A stretch of 64,000 bases of DNA from Candidatus Sericytochromatia bacterium (GTDB lineage Bacteria; Cyanobacteriota; Sericytochromatia; S15B-MN24; JAQBPE01): the NCBI GenBank assembly GCA_035284865.1, contig JAYKHL010000082.1, forward strand, positions 476-64,475. The letters run 5' to 3'. The notes beneath the pieces are model-generated. The model was not told where the DNA came from and ran no database searches. It was given only the letters and a program-made list of their open reading frames with translations. The translations under genes were made by a program, and so were the position numbers. Positions 51,919-61,800 of this stretch are shown here, in pieces. Numbering within the stretch: the first letter of the stretch is position 1; the number at the start of each line of letters is the position of its first letter.

Positions 51919-52126
51919 CTCCATCCCTCCACTGTCCTGCGGCTGCGCCTTGAACCAGGTGACAACCTTGCTGGGCGTCGGTGCGGACGTCACCACCGAC
52001 TCGGGGGTCCCGGCTCGGACCCCAGGCCCGATGGTTCGGTGAGGCCACGTCGTTCAGCGGCCAACCTCACCATACCCAGGTGTGATCACGGGCCCCGTTA
52101 AGATTACGTTATGAGGCCCAGCCCGA

Positions 52127-53425
52127 TCAGGGCCCCAGCGGCAGCTCGTAGACCCGCACCCGCGGCTCGTTGAGCAGGATCACGTAGCAGCGCCCGCCCC
52201 CGCTGGCGAAGGCCACCACCTCCGGGCCCGTCTTCACGGTGGTGACCTGCCCATCCGCCGTCAGGCGTCGCACGGCCGGCGGGATGAGATCGGCCACCAG
52301 GAAGGTGCCCGGGGCCTCTTCCACGATCGCGCTCGGCGCCCGAAAGCCGGCCGCTGAACCGACGCCGTCGACCTGCGCGTTCAGGACGCCCCCCGCCACC
52401 GTGGTCACCGCCCCATCGCGCGTCACGCGCCGGATGGCCTTGTTCCCCCGGTCCAGAACGAGCAAGGTGCCAGAGGCCTCCATCACGAGGCTGACCGGCT
52501 CGTTGAAGGCCGCGGCCGAGGCCTCGCCGTCGAGCAAAGCCGCCGAGCCCGTCCCCGCCAGGGTGCTCACGCCCCCCTCCGGGGTGATCACGCGAAGCCG
52601 GTGGTTGTCCGTGTCCGCCACGAAGATGGTGCCGTCCGCCGCCACGGCCAGCCCCCTCGGACCGTTCAGCTGCGCATCGCGGCCTGCGCCGTCCAGCCAG
52701 CCAGGGCTGCCGGTGCCAGCCAGGGTCGTGACGCGGCCGCCCTGAACGCGCCGCACGGCATGGTTGCCCGTGTCGGCCACGAGCAGCGCGCCATCGGGGG
52801 CCACGGCCAGCCCCACGGGGCCCTGGAACGAGGCCCCCCCCGTGTTGGGGCCAGCGGAGAGGGCAATGCCATCGTTCAGGCCAAAGCCGCCTCCCCCCGC
52901 CAGGGGCAAGGTGTCACCCGAGGCCGACACGCGCCGCAACATCCCGGCGGCGGTGTCCGCCACATAGACCGTGCCGCTGGCATCGACGGCCAGGCCCTCC
53001 GGCCCCTGAAAGCGAGCCAGGTCCCAGGGCCCGTCGATGACGCCCGACTCGAGCGTGCCGGCCAGCGTCCGGCCGCCATCCGGCCCGACGGTCGGCGTGG
53101 GGCGTGGCGTGGGGCTCGGCCGGGGCGTGGGCGTGGGCGTTGCCGTGGGCGCGACCGAGCCTCCCTCGAGGCCGGACGGCCCCGAGGGAAGGGCGGTGCC
53201 CGCGGGCGCGGGCGTGACGCGGGCCTCGCCCGGGAGCCCCAGCGCCGGGGCCGAGGCCCCCGCCCCGGGCGTCGCCCCCAGCCCGGCGGACGCCCGGTTG
53301 GTGCGGGCTGCCGGCCGGATGGGCTTGCCGGCCCCCGGCGAGGGAGCCGGCGCGGCCGTACAGCCGAGGGCAAGAACCCCCGCAAGGACGATGACCAGGG
53401 GCCATCGGGGACGCCAGGTGGCCAT
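52127..53425 (-). CDS. NHL-repeat (six-bladed beta-propeller) lipoprotein
   Basis: The signal is MATWRPRWPLVIVLAGVLALGC, followed by a Pro/Thr linker. NHL blades include GLAVDASGTVYVADTAAGMLRRV, GLAVAPDGALLVADTGNHAVRRV, GLAVAADGTIFVADTDNHRLRVI and LVMEASGTLLVLDRGNKAIRRV. Confidence 0.8.
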   Translation of the reverse strand: MATWRPRWPLVIVLAGVLALGCTAAPAPSPGAGKPIRPAARTNRASAGLGATPGAGASAPALGLPGEARVTPAPAGTALPSGPSGLEGGSVAPTATPTPTPRPSPTPRPTPTVGPDGGRTLAGTLESGVIDGPWDLARFQGPEGLAVDASGTVYVADTAAGMLRRVSASGDTLPLAGGGGFGLNDGIALSAGPNTGGASFQGPVGLAVAPDGALLVADTGNHAVRRVQGGRVTTLAGTGSPGWLDGAGRDAQLNGPRGLAVAADGTIFVADTDNHRLRVITPEGGVSTLAGTGSAALLDGEASAAAFNEPVSLVMEASGTLLVLDRGNKAIRRVTRDGAVTTVAGGVLNAQVDGVGSAAGFRAPSAIVEEAPGTFLVADLIPPAVRRLTADGQVTTVKTGPEVVAFASGGGRCYVILLNEPRVRVYELPLGP

Positions 53426-53490
53426 GACAAGCTCCGGGCAAGAGGGCAGGTTTCGGCCTTATACCCGGCCCGCCGTCCGCTCGGGCAGCG

Positions 53491-54183
53491 TTACTGACGG
53501 TGCGCCGCGGGCGCGAGCACCCGATCCGTCACGGCCAGCTGCACGCCCAGGCCTGCCGCCGTGCCCACCGCCATCTTGCCGGCCTCCTTCCCGACGGCCC
53601 GCGCCGCTCCCGGGAAGCGCACGGCCGCCAGGGCCAGCATCACGCCGCTCAGCACCTTGTGCTGCCCGACGAAGCCCGTGACGGGCTTCCAGAAGTAGTC
53701 GTTGACGGGGTTGGCGACGTACTTCACGAACGCCTCCGCGGCGGGCCGCGCCTGCGCGTCCGTGACCTTCTCCTCGAAGACGTTGACGATCGCCGTGCCG
53801 AAGGTGCGATCCCACAGGTCGTTGGCCACCATGCCCGCCGCAAAGCCCGCTGCGCCAGCCACGAAGAGCGGTGCCCCGACGGGGGCCAGCGCGGCGGCGG
53901 CCACCGCACCGCCCGTCGTCCAGGCGATGTTGCTGAGGGTGTTCGCCACCACCCGCCCCATGTAAGCGTTGGCCTGGATCTCGCCCCGGCGGAACTTCTG
54001 GCTCTCGAAGAGGCCCTCGAGCGGGATGGAGAACGCGACGCCAGTCTTGACCTCGCCGGCCCACTGATCCCGCGTCATCCGCGTGCCAGCCAGGCCAGCG
54101 AGCCGCTTCGCCCGCTCGGCCACGCCCGCCGGCGTGGCGGCGGCGATGGGGCGGCGGGCGTCGATGGCGGGGCTGGTCATCAT
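53491..54183 (-). CDS. hypothetical protein with Gly/Ala-rich hydrophobic segments
   Basis: The start is an internal ATG 54183 of track ORF 53491..54402, with GAGGA upstream. The product is 230 aa. I recognise no family. Confidence 0.55.
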   Translation of the reverse strand: MMTSPAIDARRPIAAATPAGVAERAKRLAGLAGTRMTRDQWAGEVKTGVAFSIPLEGLFESQKFRRGEIQANAYMGRVVANTLSNIAWTTGGAVAAAALAPVGAPLFVAGAAGFAAGMVANDLWDRTFGTAIVNVFEEKVTDAQARPAAEAFVKYVANPVNDYFWKPVTGFVGQHKVLSGVMLALAAVRFPGAARAVGKEAGKMAVGTAAGLGVQLAVTDRVLAPAAHRQ

Positions 54184-54238
54184 CGGGGTCCTCGAGCGGG
54201 GCTGTCGAGGGTATCGCCCGGGGCCGGCCAGGGGTTGC

Positions 54239-54259
54239 GTTAAGTCGCTGTAACTTAAC
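54239..54259. other. inverted repeat GTTAAGT-N7-ACTTAAC
   Basis: It is AT-rich with perfect 7-nt arms. It lies between the helicase stop (54267) and the next minus-strand start (54183). It could be an operator or a weak terminator. Confidence 0.3.
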
Positions 54260-54266
54260 CGAAGCT

Positions 54267-56207
54267 TCAACCCGGCGAGGCGGCACGCATCTCGTTCAGG
54301 AAGCGCGAGGGCGTGACGTCCTTGGCGCTCCCGAAGCGCTGCCGCTCGCGGCCGTAGCTCAGGTGCAGGTGCTTGCGGGCCCGGGTGATGGCCACGTAGC
54401 ACAGCCGCCGTTCCTCGGCGAGGTCTCCGTCGTCGATGGCGGTCTGGTAGGGCAGCGTGCCTTCTTCAACCCCGACGACGAACACCGCGTCCCACTCGAG
54501 CCCCTTGCTGGCATGGATCGTGAGAAGCTGGACGGCCCCCGTCCGCCTGTTACCCTTGGGCGGCTGGGTGGCGGCCTCGATCCGCTGGAAGAGGTCCCGG
54601 ACGCTCTTGGGCTCCCAGCGCTTGATCTGGGCGTGCATGGCCGCCAGGCAGTCGAGCTTCTGGGCGTCGCCCTGCCCCTTCCCCTTCTCGAGCTTGGCCT
54701 TGTACTGGGTCTGCGAGATGACCTGGTAGTACAGCTCTGCCACAGAGCCCTGGAAGCGCTGCCACCCGTGGATCATGGCCAGCACGTGCTTCACGAGCCC
54801 TTTCTGGGCCAGCGTCGGCAGCGGGATCTCGTCCACCTGGTGGCAGACCGAGACCAGATCCGTCTGCTGCCGCTCCCCCTCCACCTTGAGCATCGCCAGC
54901 GCCTCCCGAGCGAGGCCCAGCTTGGTGAGCAGCTTCTCCACCGCGAGGTCAGCGAGGGGGTGACGCCCCCGCAGCGAGAGCCGCAGGTACGCCAGCGTCT
55001 CGGCCACCTCGGCCTGCTCGTAGAAGCTCCCGCTCTTCTTGACGGTGAAGGGGATCTCGCGCTGGGACAGGGCGTCGAGCAGCGGCATGCCCTGGGCGTG
55101 CGTCCGCAGCAGGATCGCGATCTCGTCCGGGATGACGCCCCCCTTGATCAGGGCGGCGATGCGATCCGCCACCTCCTCGGCCTCGGCGAAGTTGTCCGCA
55201 AACTGGGCGATGTGGACGCTGTCGGCCTTCGAGGGACGGGCGGCCTTGATGGTCTTCTCGATGCGCCCCGCGTTGTGGGCGATGAGCTGGTTCGCCAGCG
55301 TGACGATCTGGGGCGTGGAGCGGTAGTTGGTCTCGAGGAAGAGCTGGGTCGTGCCCGCGTAGTCCTTGCGGAAGTTCAGGATGTTGTTGAGGTCGGCAGC
55401 CCGGAAGCCGTAGATGCCCTGGGCGTCGTCGCCGACGGCGAAGAGGTTGTTGCGGGGGTGGGCAAGCAGGCGCAGCAGCTCGTACTGGGCCCGGTTGGTG
55501 TCCTGGTACTCGTCCACGAGCAGGTGGGTGAAGCGATCCCGCACCTCCTTCGCGATCGCCGGCCGCTCCTCGAGCAGCCGCACGGCGAGACCGATCTGGT
55601 CGTCGAAGTCCATCAGGTGCTGGCGCACGAGGCGCTTCTGGTAAGCGCCGTACAGGTGGGCGTAGCGCACCTCGTCCGGATCAGCCGAGTGACGTTTGAT
55701 GGCGTCCGCCCCGACCAGCATGCACTTGGCTCGCGAGATGAACATCGCGAGCTGGTCCCACTTGATGTCCGTCATCGTGTGCTCGCGGGCGAGCAACTCG
55801 AAGAGCGTGCGCTGCACCGCGGGGGTGACGAGCGCTGGCGGCCGCCCTGGCGCATAACCAAGCAGCTCGTAGCGGCCATCGAGCAGCCGCAGGCAGATCG
55901 CGTGGAAGGTGCCGATCGTCAGGCGTTCGGCGATCGCCTTGCTGCCGACCGCCTTCGCCACCCGCTCGGCCATCTCCATGGCGGCCTTCTTCGTGAAGGT
56001 GACGGCCAGGATCGCCTCGGGGGCCACGCCCTGCTGCAGCATGTAGGCGATGCGGTTGGTCAGCACCGTCGTCTTGCCCGACCCCGGGGCTGCCACCACC
56101 AGGACGGCCCCATCCAGCCGCGTGACGGCCTCCCGCTGTTCGGGGTTGAGGTTGGCAAGGAGCGGGTTGGCGCCCGCGTGGGTGGCGAGCAGCGAGAGCT
56201 GGGACAT
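54267..56207 (-). CDS. ATP-dependent DNA helicase, UvrD/PcrA/Rep family
   Basis: The start is an internal ATG 56207 with GGAGA upstream. LNPEQREAVT...VVAAPGSGKTTVLTNRIAYML, LLVDEYQDTN, AVGDDAQGIYGFRAA, TIHASKGLEWD.VFV and LCYVAITRAR are present. Confidence 0.9.
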   Translation of the reverse strand: MSQLSLLATHAGANPLLANLNPEQREAVTRLDGAVLVVAAPGSGKTTVLTNRIAYMLQQGVAPEAILAVTFTKKAAMEMAERVAKAVGSKAIAERLTIGTFHAICLRLLDGRYELLGYAPGRPPALVTPAVQRTLFELLAREHTMTDIKWDQLAMFISRAKCMLVGADAIKRHSADPDEVRYAHLYGAYQKRLVRQHLMDFDDQIGLAVRLLEERPAIAKEVRDRFTHLLVDEYQDTNRAQYELLRLLAHPRNNLFAVGDDAQGIYGFRAADLNNILNFRKDYAGTTQLFLETNYRSTPQIVTLANQLIAHNAGRIEKTIKAARPSKADSVHIAQFADNFAEAEEVADRIAALIKGGVIPDEIAILLRTHAQGMPLLDALSQREIPFTVKKSGSFYEQAEVAETLAYLRLSLRGRHPLADLAVEKLLTKLGLAREALAMLKVEGERQQTDLVSVCHQVDEIPLPTLAQKGLVKHVLAMIHGWQRFQGSVAELYYQVISQTQYKAKLEKGKGQGDAQKLDCLAAMHAQIKRWEPKSVRDLFQRIEAATQPPKGNRRTGAVQLLTIHASKGLEWDAVFVVGVEEGTLPYQTAIDDGDLAEERRLCYVAITRARKHLHLSYGRERQRFGSAKDVTPSRFLNEMRAASPG

Positions 56208-56626
56208 GGATCTCCGGGAAGCGAGCGACCGCAGGCCGGGTAAGGGCCCTCGGGGCGGTCCACCATGGTAGCAGCCAGCCCGGCGTTTTGTCCGGCCAGA
56301 GCACCGGTCAAGTCCTGAGCCCCGCCAGCCCCGCCAGCCCTGAACGCCGATCGCGGCGTCGCGCGTCGGTCCGTCCCTTCGCCCACGATGCGCCCTCGTC
56401 ACCCCTCACGCTCGGGGCTCCGAGCGTCGCGCAGCAGGTCCGTTCTCAGCTGCCCGCCGCCAGGCCCCCGCCCGGAGAGCGCGGGCAACAATTAAACTGA
56501 AATTAACCCTTAAACAACCACCCCTTCCCGATCCCGGGTTCAGCCCCGGGTGCCTGCCGGCGACAAGGGCTGCGGGCAGGCCAGGCGCCTGCCGACAGTC
56601 CGGCAGGTGCTCACGGAGGTGCTCAC

Positions 56627-57268
56627 GTGGCTCGCAGGTTGATCGCGGCGGTGGTCGCCGCCGCTTGGCTCGGGGGGTGTGGCGTCGGGGTCGGTCCCGG
56701 GCCAGCAAAGGGCCGGTCCGGCCAGGTCGGCACGAACTCGTACCAGGGTGCGGCCCGGGGCGTGCGGGCCATGTACCTGGCGGCCTTCAAGTCGGCCGAC
56801 AAGGATGAGAACGGCTACCTCACGCTCCAGGAGATGATGCCGGCGCTGCCTGCCCACATCGGGCTGGCTCCGACCGAGCCTGCCCGCGCGGCCAAGGCCC
56901 TGTTCGACGCGCTGGACCTCAACAAGGACGGCAAGGTGCGCTTCCGGGAGTTCACCAACCCCCAGGTGCTGCAGGCAGCCATCGCCACGTTCCGGCACGA
57001 GGTCGGCAAGACGTTTGCCAGCCTGGACCGCAACGGTGACCGGGTGCTGATCGAGGCGGAGCTCGTCAAGACGCCCGTGACCCTCGAGGCGGCTGATCGA
57101 AACCGGGATGGCAAGCTGACCATCTCGGAGTTCGAGGACGCCTTCGCCGCCACCCTCGGCCAGGGCCCCGAGCCCGGCGAGCCTCCCACGGCCGAGCCCC
57201 CCGCCCCGGCAGAGCCTGGCGGAGAGGAGCCCCCGGCGGCCGCTCCGGCCGTCCCGGGCACGCCCTGA
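56627..57268 (+). CDS. EF-hand calcium-binding lipoprotein
   Basis: The start is GTG with GGAGG upstream. The signal is MARRLIAAVVAAAWLGGC. There are four canonical 12-residue loops: DKDENGYLTLQE, DLNKDGKVRFRE, DRNGDRVLIEAE and DRNRDGKLTISE. Confidence 0.75.
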   Translation: MARRLIAAVVAAAWLGGCGVGVGPGPAKGRSGQVGTNSYQGAARGVRAMYLAAFKSADKDENGYLTLQEMMPALPAHIGLAPTEPARAAKALFDALDLNKDGKVRFREFTNPQVLQAAIATFRHEVGKTFASLDRNGDRVLIEAELVKTPVTLEAADRNRDGKLTISEFEDAFAATLGQGPEPGEPPTAEPPAPAEPGGEEPPAAAPAVPGTP

Positions 57269-57281
57269 CCTCCGGCCCCCG

Positions 57282-57330
57282 CCCCACAAACCACCACCCG
57301 CCCTTGCAGGGCGGGTGGTGGTTTGTGGGG
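57282..57330. terminator. perfect 22-bp GC-rich hairpin (5-nt loop) between convergent genes
   Basis: The sequence is CCCCACAAACCACCACCCGCCC-ttgca-GGGCGGGTGGTGGTTTGTGGGG. It lies 14 nt after the plus-strand stop and 16 nt after the minus-strand stop. There is no U-tract on either side. Confidence 0.6.
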
Positions 57331-57345
57331 CAGCGCTTCCGGGCG

Positions 57346-57618
57346 TCAGACGAGGGGATGCAGGTCGAGCTCGCAGCGAGCAGGCAGCGCCGGGGGCAGC
57401 AGCGCCCGCAGCGACGCGACCTCGGCCGCCGTGAGGGTGGCGGAGGTGCCCACCTTCTCGTGCTTGAAGGGCACGCCCAGGGCCTCCAGCGCGCCCTCCA
57501 CGCGCCGGACGTCCTTCTTGCGCTCGTTGACCTTCATGCGGGCCGTCCCGGGCGGGACGCCCTCGGCCTCGAGGTCCTCGAGGAACAGGGCAGGAACGAA
57601 GAGGGCGTGGTCGGACAT
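57346..57618 (-). CDS. hypothetical 90-aa protein, third gene of the SNF2-SWIM operon
   Basis: The ATG lies 14 nt after the SWIM gene stop, with GAGG 8 nt upstream. GC3 bias is good. I recognise no family. Confidence 0.5.
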   Translation of the reverse strand: MSDHALFVPALFLEDLEAEGVPPGTARMKVNERKKDVRRVEGALEALGVPFKHEKVGTSATLTAAEVASLRALLPPALPARCELDLHPLV

Positions 57619-57632
57619 GGCTGGACCTCAGG

Positions 57633-58781
57633 TCAGGTGGCGCGCGTCGGCTGGCGGTCAGCAAGGATGGAGTCGTGCAGGGCGACCTCCCGGGCGCGCT
57701 GCGCGATCGCCTCGTAGACCTCCGCCAGGCGCGTGATGGGATCGGCCGGCGAGCGCCAGAACGGCGGGCGTCCGAGGCGCTTCGCCGTCACGCCAGGGAA
57801 CGGCGGGGCGACAATCTGTACCTGGACATGGTCGAGCTCCTCGCCAGCCTGCCAGAAGCGAAACGGCTCCAGGGAGCCCGCGTCCAGGGTCTCGACCGCC
57901 ATCGGTGCCGCCTGGGCCTCCGCGGCCCGGGCAGCCCGGAGCATCCCGATCAGGGCGTCCCGGTTCCGGCCCCGCAGGTGGAAGAGCACAAACGGATCCT
58001 TGTCGAAGGTGTCGGCGAGCGCGAAGTAAACGGCTGCAATGTGCTTGCACGGGTTCGCCCAGTCCGGGCAGGTGCAGTGGGCCTTGATGTCATCCTTGCG
58101 CCGGGGAAAGAGCGGGGCGTAAGCGGCCTCGAAGACCTCCTCGATGTCGCGAGGCATCTCGCCTGCGAGCAGCTGCGCGGTGAAGAGGGCCTGGCAGCTC
58201 AGGATGTCGACCACAAGCTCCCAGTCGGCGTCAGGGAGCGGCTTGATCTGCACCGTGACGTCGTAGGGCTGGGTGCGAGAGCCCTGCACCGCGGCGTGGA
58301 CCCTGCCCGTCTCCACGCGAAACGCCGTGACGCGCCCCGTGTCGGCGTACATCCGGCCGTTGGCGAGCCGCCCCTTCCAGCCGAAGCGGTGCAGCATCGA
58401 GAGCCAGCGATCGGCCCACCAGTTCTCCGCCCCGCGCGCGTAGGCGGGCTCCGGCCGCGGCGCGGAGAGGTCCTGAAGCTCCCGACCGACGGGACGCATC
58501 CGGCGGCTGCGAGCGTCAGGCCTGGGGGTGCTGGCGCCCCCAGCTCCCTGAGCAGGGCCCGCGCCAGAGCGGCCCTTCTTGCGACGGCTGTTGCGCCCGT
58601 GGCGGGCAGCATCGTCTCGCAGCGGCGTCCCGGGGAGGGGGGCGCCAGCCGCGGCATCGCTCAACACCTTCTCCAGGCTGGGCTCCCCCTTGCTCCGCTG
58701 GCGCCGGGGACGGCGCCGCCGGCGGCGTTCACCGTCTAAACCGCCCGCCTGGCCTTGCTCCGGGCCGTGGGTGTCACTCAT
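57633..58781 (-). CDS. SWIM zinc-finger protein
   Basis: CTCPDWANPCKHIAAVYF is the CxCx(n)CxH SWIM signature. The N-terminal ~100 aa are Arg/Gly-rich and look disordered. Confidence 0.85.
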   Translation of the reverse strand: MSDTHGPEQGQAGGLDGERRRRRRPRRQRSKGEPSLEKVLSDAAAGAPLPGTPLRDDAARHGRNSRRKKGRSGAGPAQGAGGASTPRPDARSRRMRPVGRELQDLSAPRPEPAYARGAENWWADRWLSMLHRFGWKGRLANGRMYADTGRVTAFRVETGRVHAAVQGSRTQPYDVTVQIKPLPDADWELVVDILSCQALFTAQLLAGEMPRDIEEVFEAAYAPLFPRRKDDIKAHCTCPDWANPCKHIAAVYFALADTFDKDPFVLFHLRGRNRDALIGMLRAARAAEAQAAPMAVETLDAGSLEPFRFWQAGEELDHVQVQIVAPPFPGVTAKRLGRPPFWRSPADPITRLAEVYEAIAQRAREVALHDSILADRQPTRAT

Positions 58782-58817
58782 CGAGGGGCTCCTGGGTTCG
58801 AGGGGGGTGGCGAGGGC

Positions 58818-61800
58818 TCAATCGACGGCGATGGCCTCGTCGCGGAGCGCGAGGATGTCCCGGAGCTGGTCGGTGGAGAGCTCCGTGAGCCAGCCCTCGC
58901 CCTCGCCGACGACCAGCGAGCTGAGGGCCTTCTTGTCCTCGAGCATCTGGTCGATCTTCTCTTCCAGCGTGCCGAGACAGACGAACTTGTGAACCATCAC
59001 GTTGCGGGTCTGGCCGATGCGGAAGGCGCGATCGGTGGCCTGGTTCTCGACGGCCGGGTTCCACCAGCGGTCGAAGTGGAAGACGTGGTTGGCGCGCGTC
59101 AGGTTGAGGCCCACGCCCCCGGCCTTGAGCGACAGCACGAGCACCGGAGGGCCGTCAGCCCGATCCTGGAAATCGCGCACCATCTTCTCGCGCGCGGCAG
59201 CCGGCACCCCGCCGTGCAGGAAGGGAATGTCGCGGCCGAAGGTCTTCTGGAGGTGGCTCACCAGCAGGTGCCCCATCTCGGCGAACTGCGAGAACACCAG
59301 GGCGCGATCGCCCACCTCCACGACCTCTTCCAGCATCTCCGTGAGGCGGGTGAGCTTGCCCGAGCGCCCGGCCAGATCCCCCTTCTTGTCGTCGAGGAAG
59401 AGTGCGGGGTGGTCGACCACCTGCTTGAGCTTCGTCAGCGAGGCCAGCACCAGGCCCTTGCGGGTGATGCCGGCGCTGCTGTCGATCTTGCCGACCATCT
59501 CCGAGACCACGACCTGGTAGAGCGAGGCCTGCTCCTTCGTGAGCGGGCAGTAGACCTTCTGCTCGTTCTTCTCGGGCAGGTCCTGGATGATGGTCGGATC
59601 CGTCTTGAGGCGGCGAAGGATAAACGGCTTCACGAGGTGCCGCAACGTGGCCCCGGCCTGCTCGTCCTTGTAGCGCTCGATCGGGATGGCGAACTGGGAC
59701 CGGAAGGCCGCCTGGTTCCCGAGGTAGCCAGGGTTCAGGGTCTCCAGGATGCTCCAGAGGTCCGCCAGGTGGTTCTCCACCGGGGTGCCCGTGAGCGCCA
59801 CCCGCCAGTCCGCGGGCACGCGGCGCGCCGCCTGGGCCTGCTTGGAGGTCGCGTTCTTGATGTTCTGGGCCTCGTCGAACACCACCCCCGACCACGTGAC
59901 GCCGGCGAGGTGCTCCTCGTCGCGGAACAGGAGGGTGTAGGTGGAGATCACCAGGTCGTAGCCGAGCACGGCGTTGGCGAAGGACTCGCCCTTGGTTCGC
60001 CCGGCGCCGTGGTGGATCAGCACCTTGAGCCCCGGGGCGAAGTGCTCGGCCTCGCGCCGCCAGTTGCCAACCAGGGAGGTGGGGCAGATCAGCAGCCAGG
60101 GCGCCGGCTGCGTGCGGGCATTGGCCCGGCTGCGGGGGCCATGCACCGTCTCCGCATCCGCCTTCGCCCGCAGCAGCAGGGCCAGCACCTGGATCGTCTT
60201 GCCGAGGCCCATGTCGTCGGCGAGGCAGGCGCCCAGGCACCACTTGCGCATCGAGGCGAGCCACGCGTAGCCCCGCTCCTGGTAAGGCCGCAGGGTGCCC
60301 CGGAAGTCTTCCGGGGCCGTCAGCCCGGCCAGCCAGTCTCCCGGGCCGAAGTTGCCCAGGAACTCGCCCATCTCGCCCTCGGCCTGCACCGCGACGATGG
60401 GCAGCCCGCCGGCCTGGCCCGAGGGGTTGCTCGCCAGCTTGATGGCGTCCAGCACGTGCAGCTGGCCACTGCGCTGCGTCTCGAAGAAGCGGATGACGTC
60501 GTCGATGGCAGCCGGGTCGAGCTCGACCCACTTGCCACGAAGCTTCAGCAGCGGCTGTTTCAGCTTCACGAGGGCCTCGAAGTCCTCCCGCGTCAGGGTC
60601 TCATCGCCCAGGGCGAGGTGCCAGTCGTAGTCGACCAGGGCCTGCTGGCCCATCTTGCCGGGCTTGAAGCTGTCGCCCTCCCGCATGGTGATCTTCACGC
60701 CCACCCGCGTGTGCCCCTTGCGCCACCAGGGCGGGATGAGGACGCCGTAGCCCGCCTCTTCCAGCTGGGGCAGGGCCGTGCGCATGAACGCGTAGGCCTC
60801 TTGCGTGGTGAGCTCGACGGCCTCCGGCGTGGCGCTGAGCAGGCCACGCTGAACGGGTGGGAAGATCTTGCCCGCGCGCCCCAGGTCCTCGAGCAGCCGC
60901 TCCTGGGGTCGCTCGAAGCGCCGGGCGAGGAAGCCGACCTCGGCCCCGGAGCCACGCCAGACCTGCTGGGCGGGGATCAGCAAGCTCGGATCGTCGCTCG
61001 CCTGCAGGGCGAACTCCAGCCGCCAGGGGCTGCTGTCAGGCGCCCCCTCGGGGGGCGCCTCCAGGCGCAGGCAGGTGCGAAACGGCGCCTCGGGGGGAGG
61101 CATCAGGGGTTTGGTCCACGTGCTGAGGTGCTGGGCGAGCTGCACGACCTCGATGGGCTCGGCCTCGAAGGCGTTGTCGCCCGGCGCCAGCAGCGCCCCG
61201 AACCACCGCTGCCCCGCGGTGGAGGTCCCGTTGCCGGCAGCCGGCTCGAGGTCGGGCGCCCAGTGACGCGCTGCGGCGTCGACCATCGCATCGATCGCCG
61301 CGAGCAACAGGGTGCGGGCCTCAGGCGGCGGCTGACTGAGCGCCCGGCAGGCGGGCGGCATCGCGAGGGCCAGGGCGCCCAGGCGCTCGGCGTCCTGCCG
61401 CTCGCTCATCACGATGCGCCAGTAGGCCCGGGGGGCATCTCCCGTGAGGGAGAGCGCGGGCATGAAGCGCTCCCGTCCCAGCAGCTCCAGCACCAGCTGG
61501 GCCACCCGCGCCCAGTACCGCCAGTCGTCGCCCAGCTGCAGGCCATCAGCGGGCGTGAGCCCCGCAAGCGTCAACAGGGCGTCGAGCGGATCAAGCTCGC
61601 GGCCCCGCAGCAGCCAGGGGCTGGACTCGATCCGGCCGCCCGCCGGGTCGGGCCCGAAGCCACTGTGCGGAGGGGCCAGGGGCTCCCCGTCGACAGCCGG
61701 GAGCACCGCCACGGCCGTCCCGGCAGCACCATAGAGCCCGGCTTCCTGGAGCCGGGCATCGTCGGTGAGTCGGGGATGCATCGCTGCCGAAGGTTCCGCG

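Noticed and set aside
51919-52126. A stem-loop GGTGAGG(tt)GGCC-N12-GGCCTCACC in the NHL-to-large-lipoprotein spacer, considered as a riboswitch or ncRNA.
   Set aside because: It is a single imperfect hairpin with no recognisable conserved riboswitch core. It is most simply a terminator or 5'-UTR structure. I cannot support more without covariation data.
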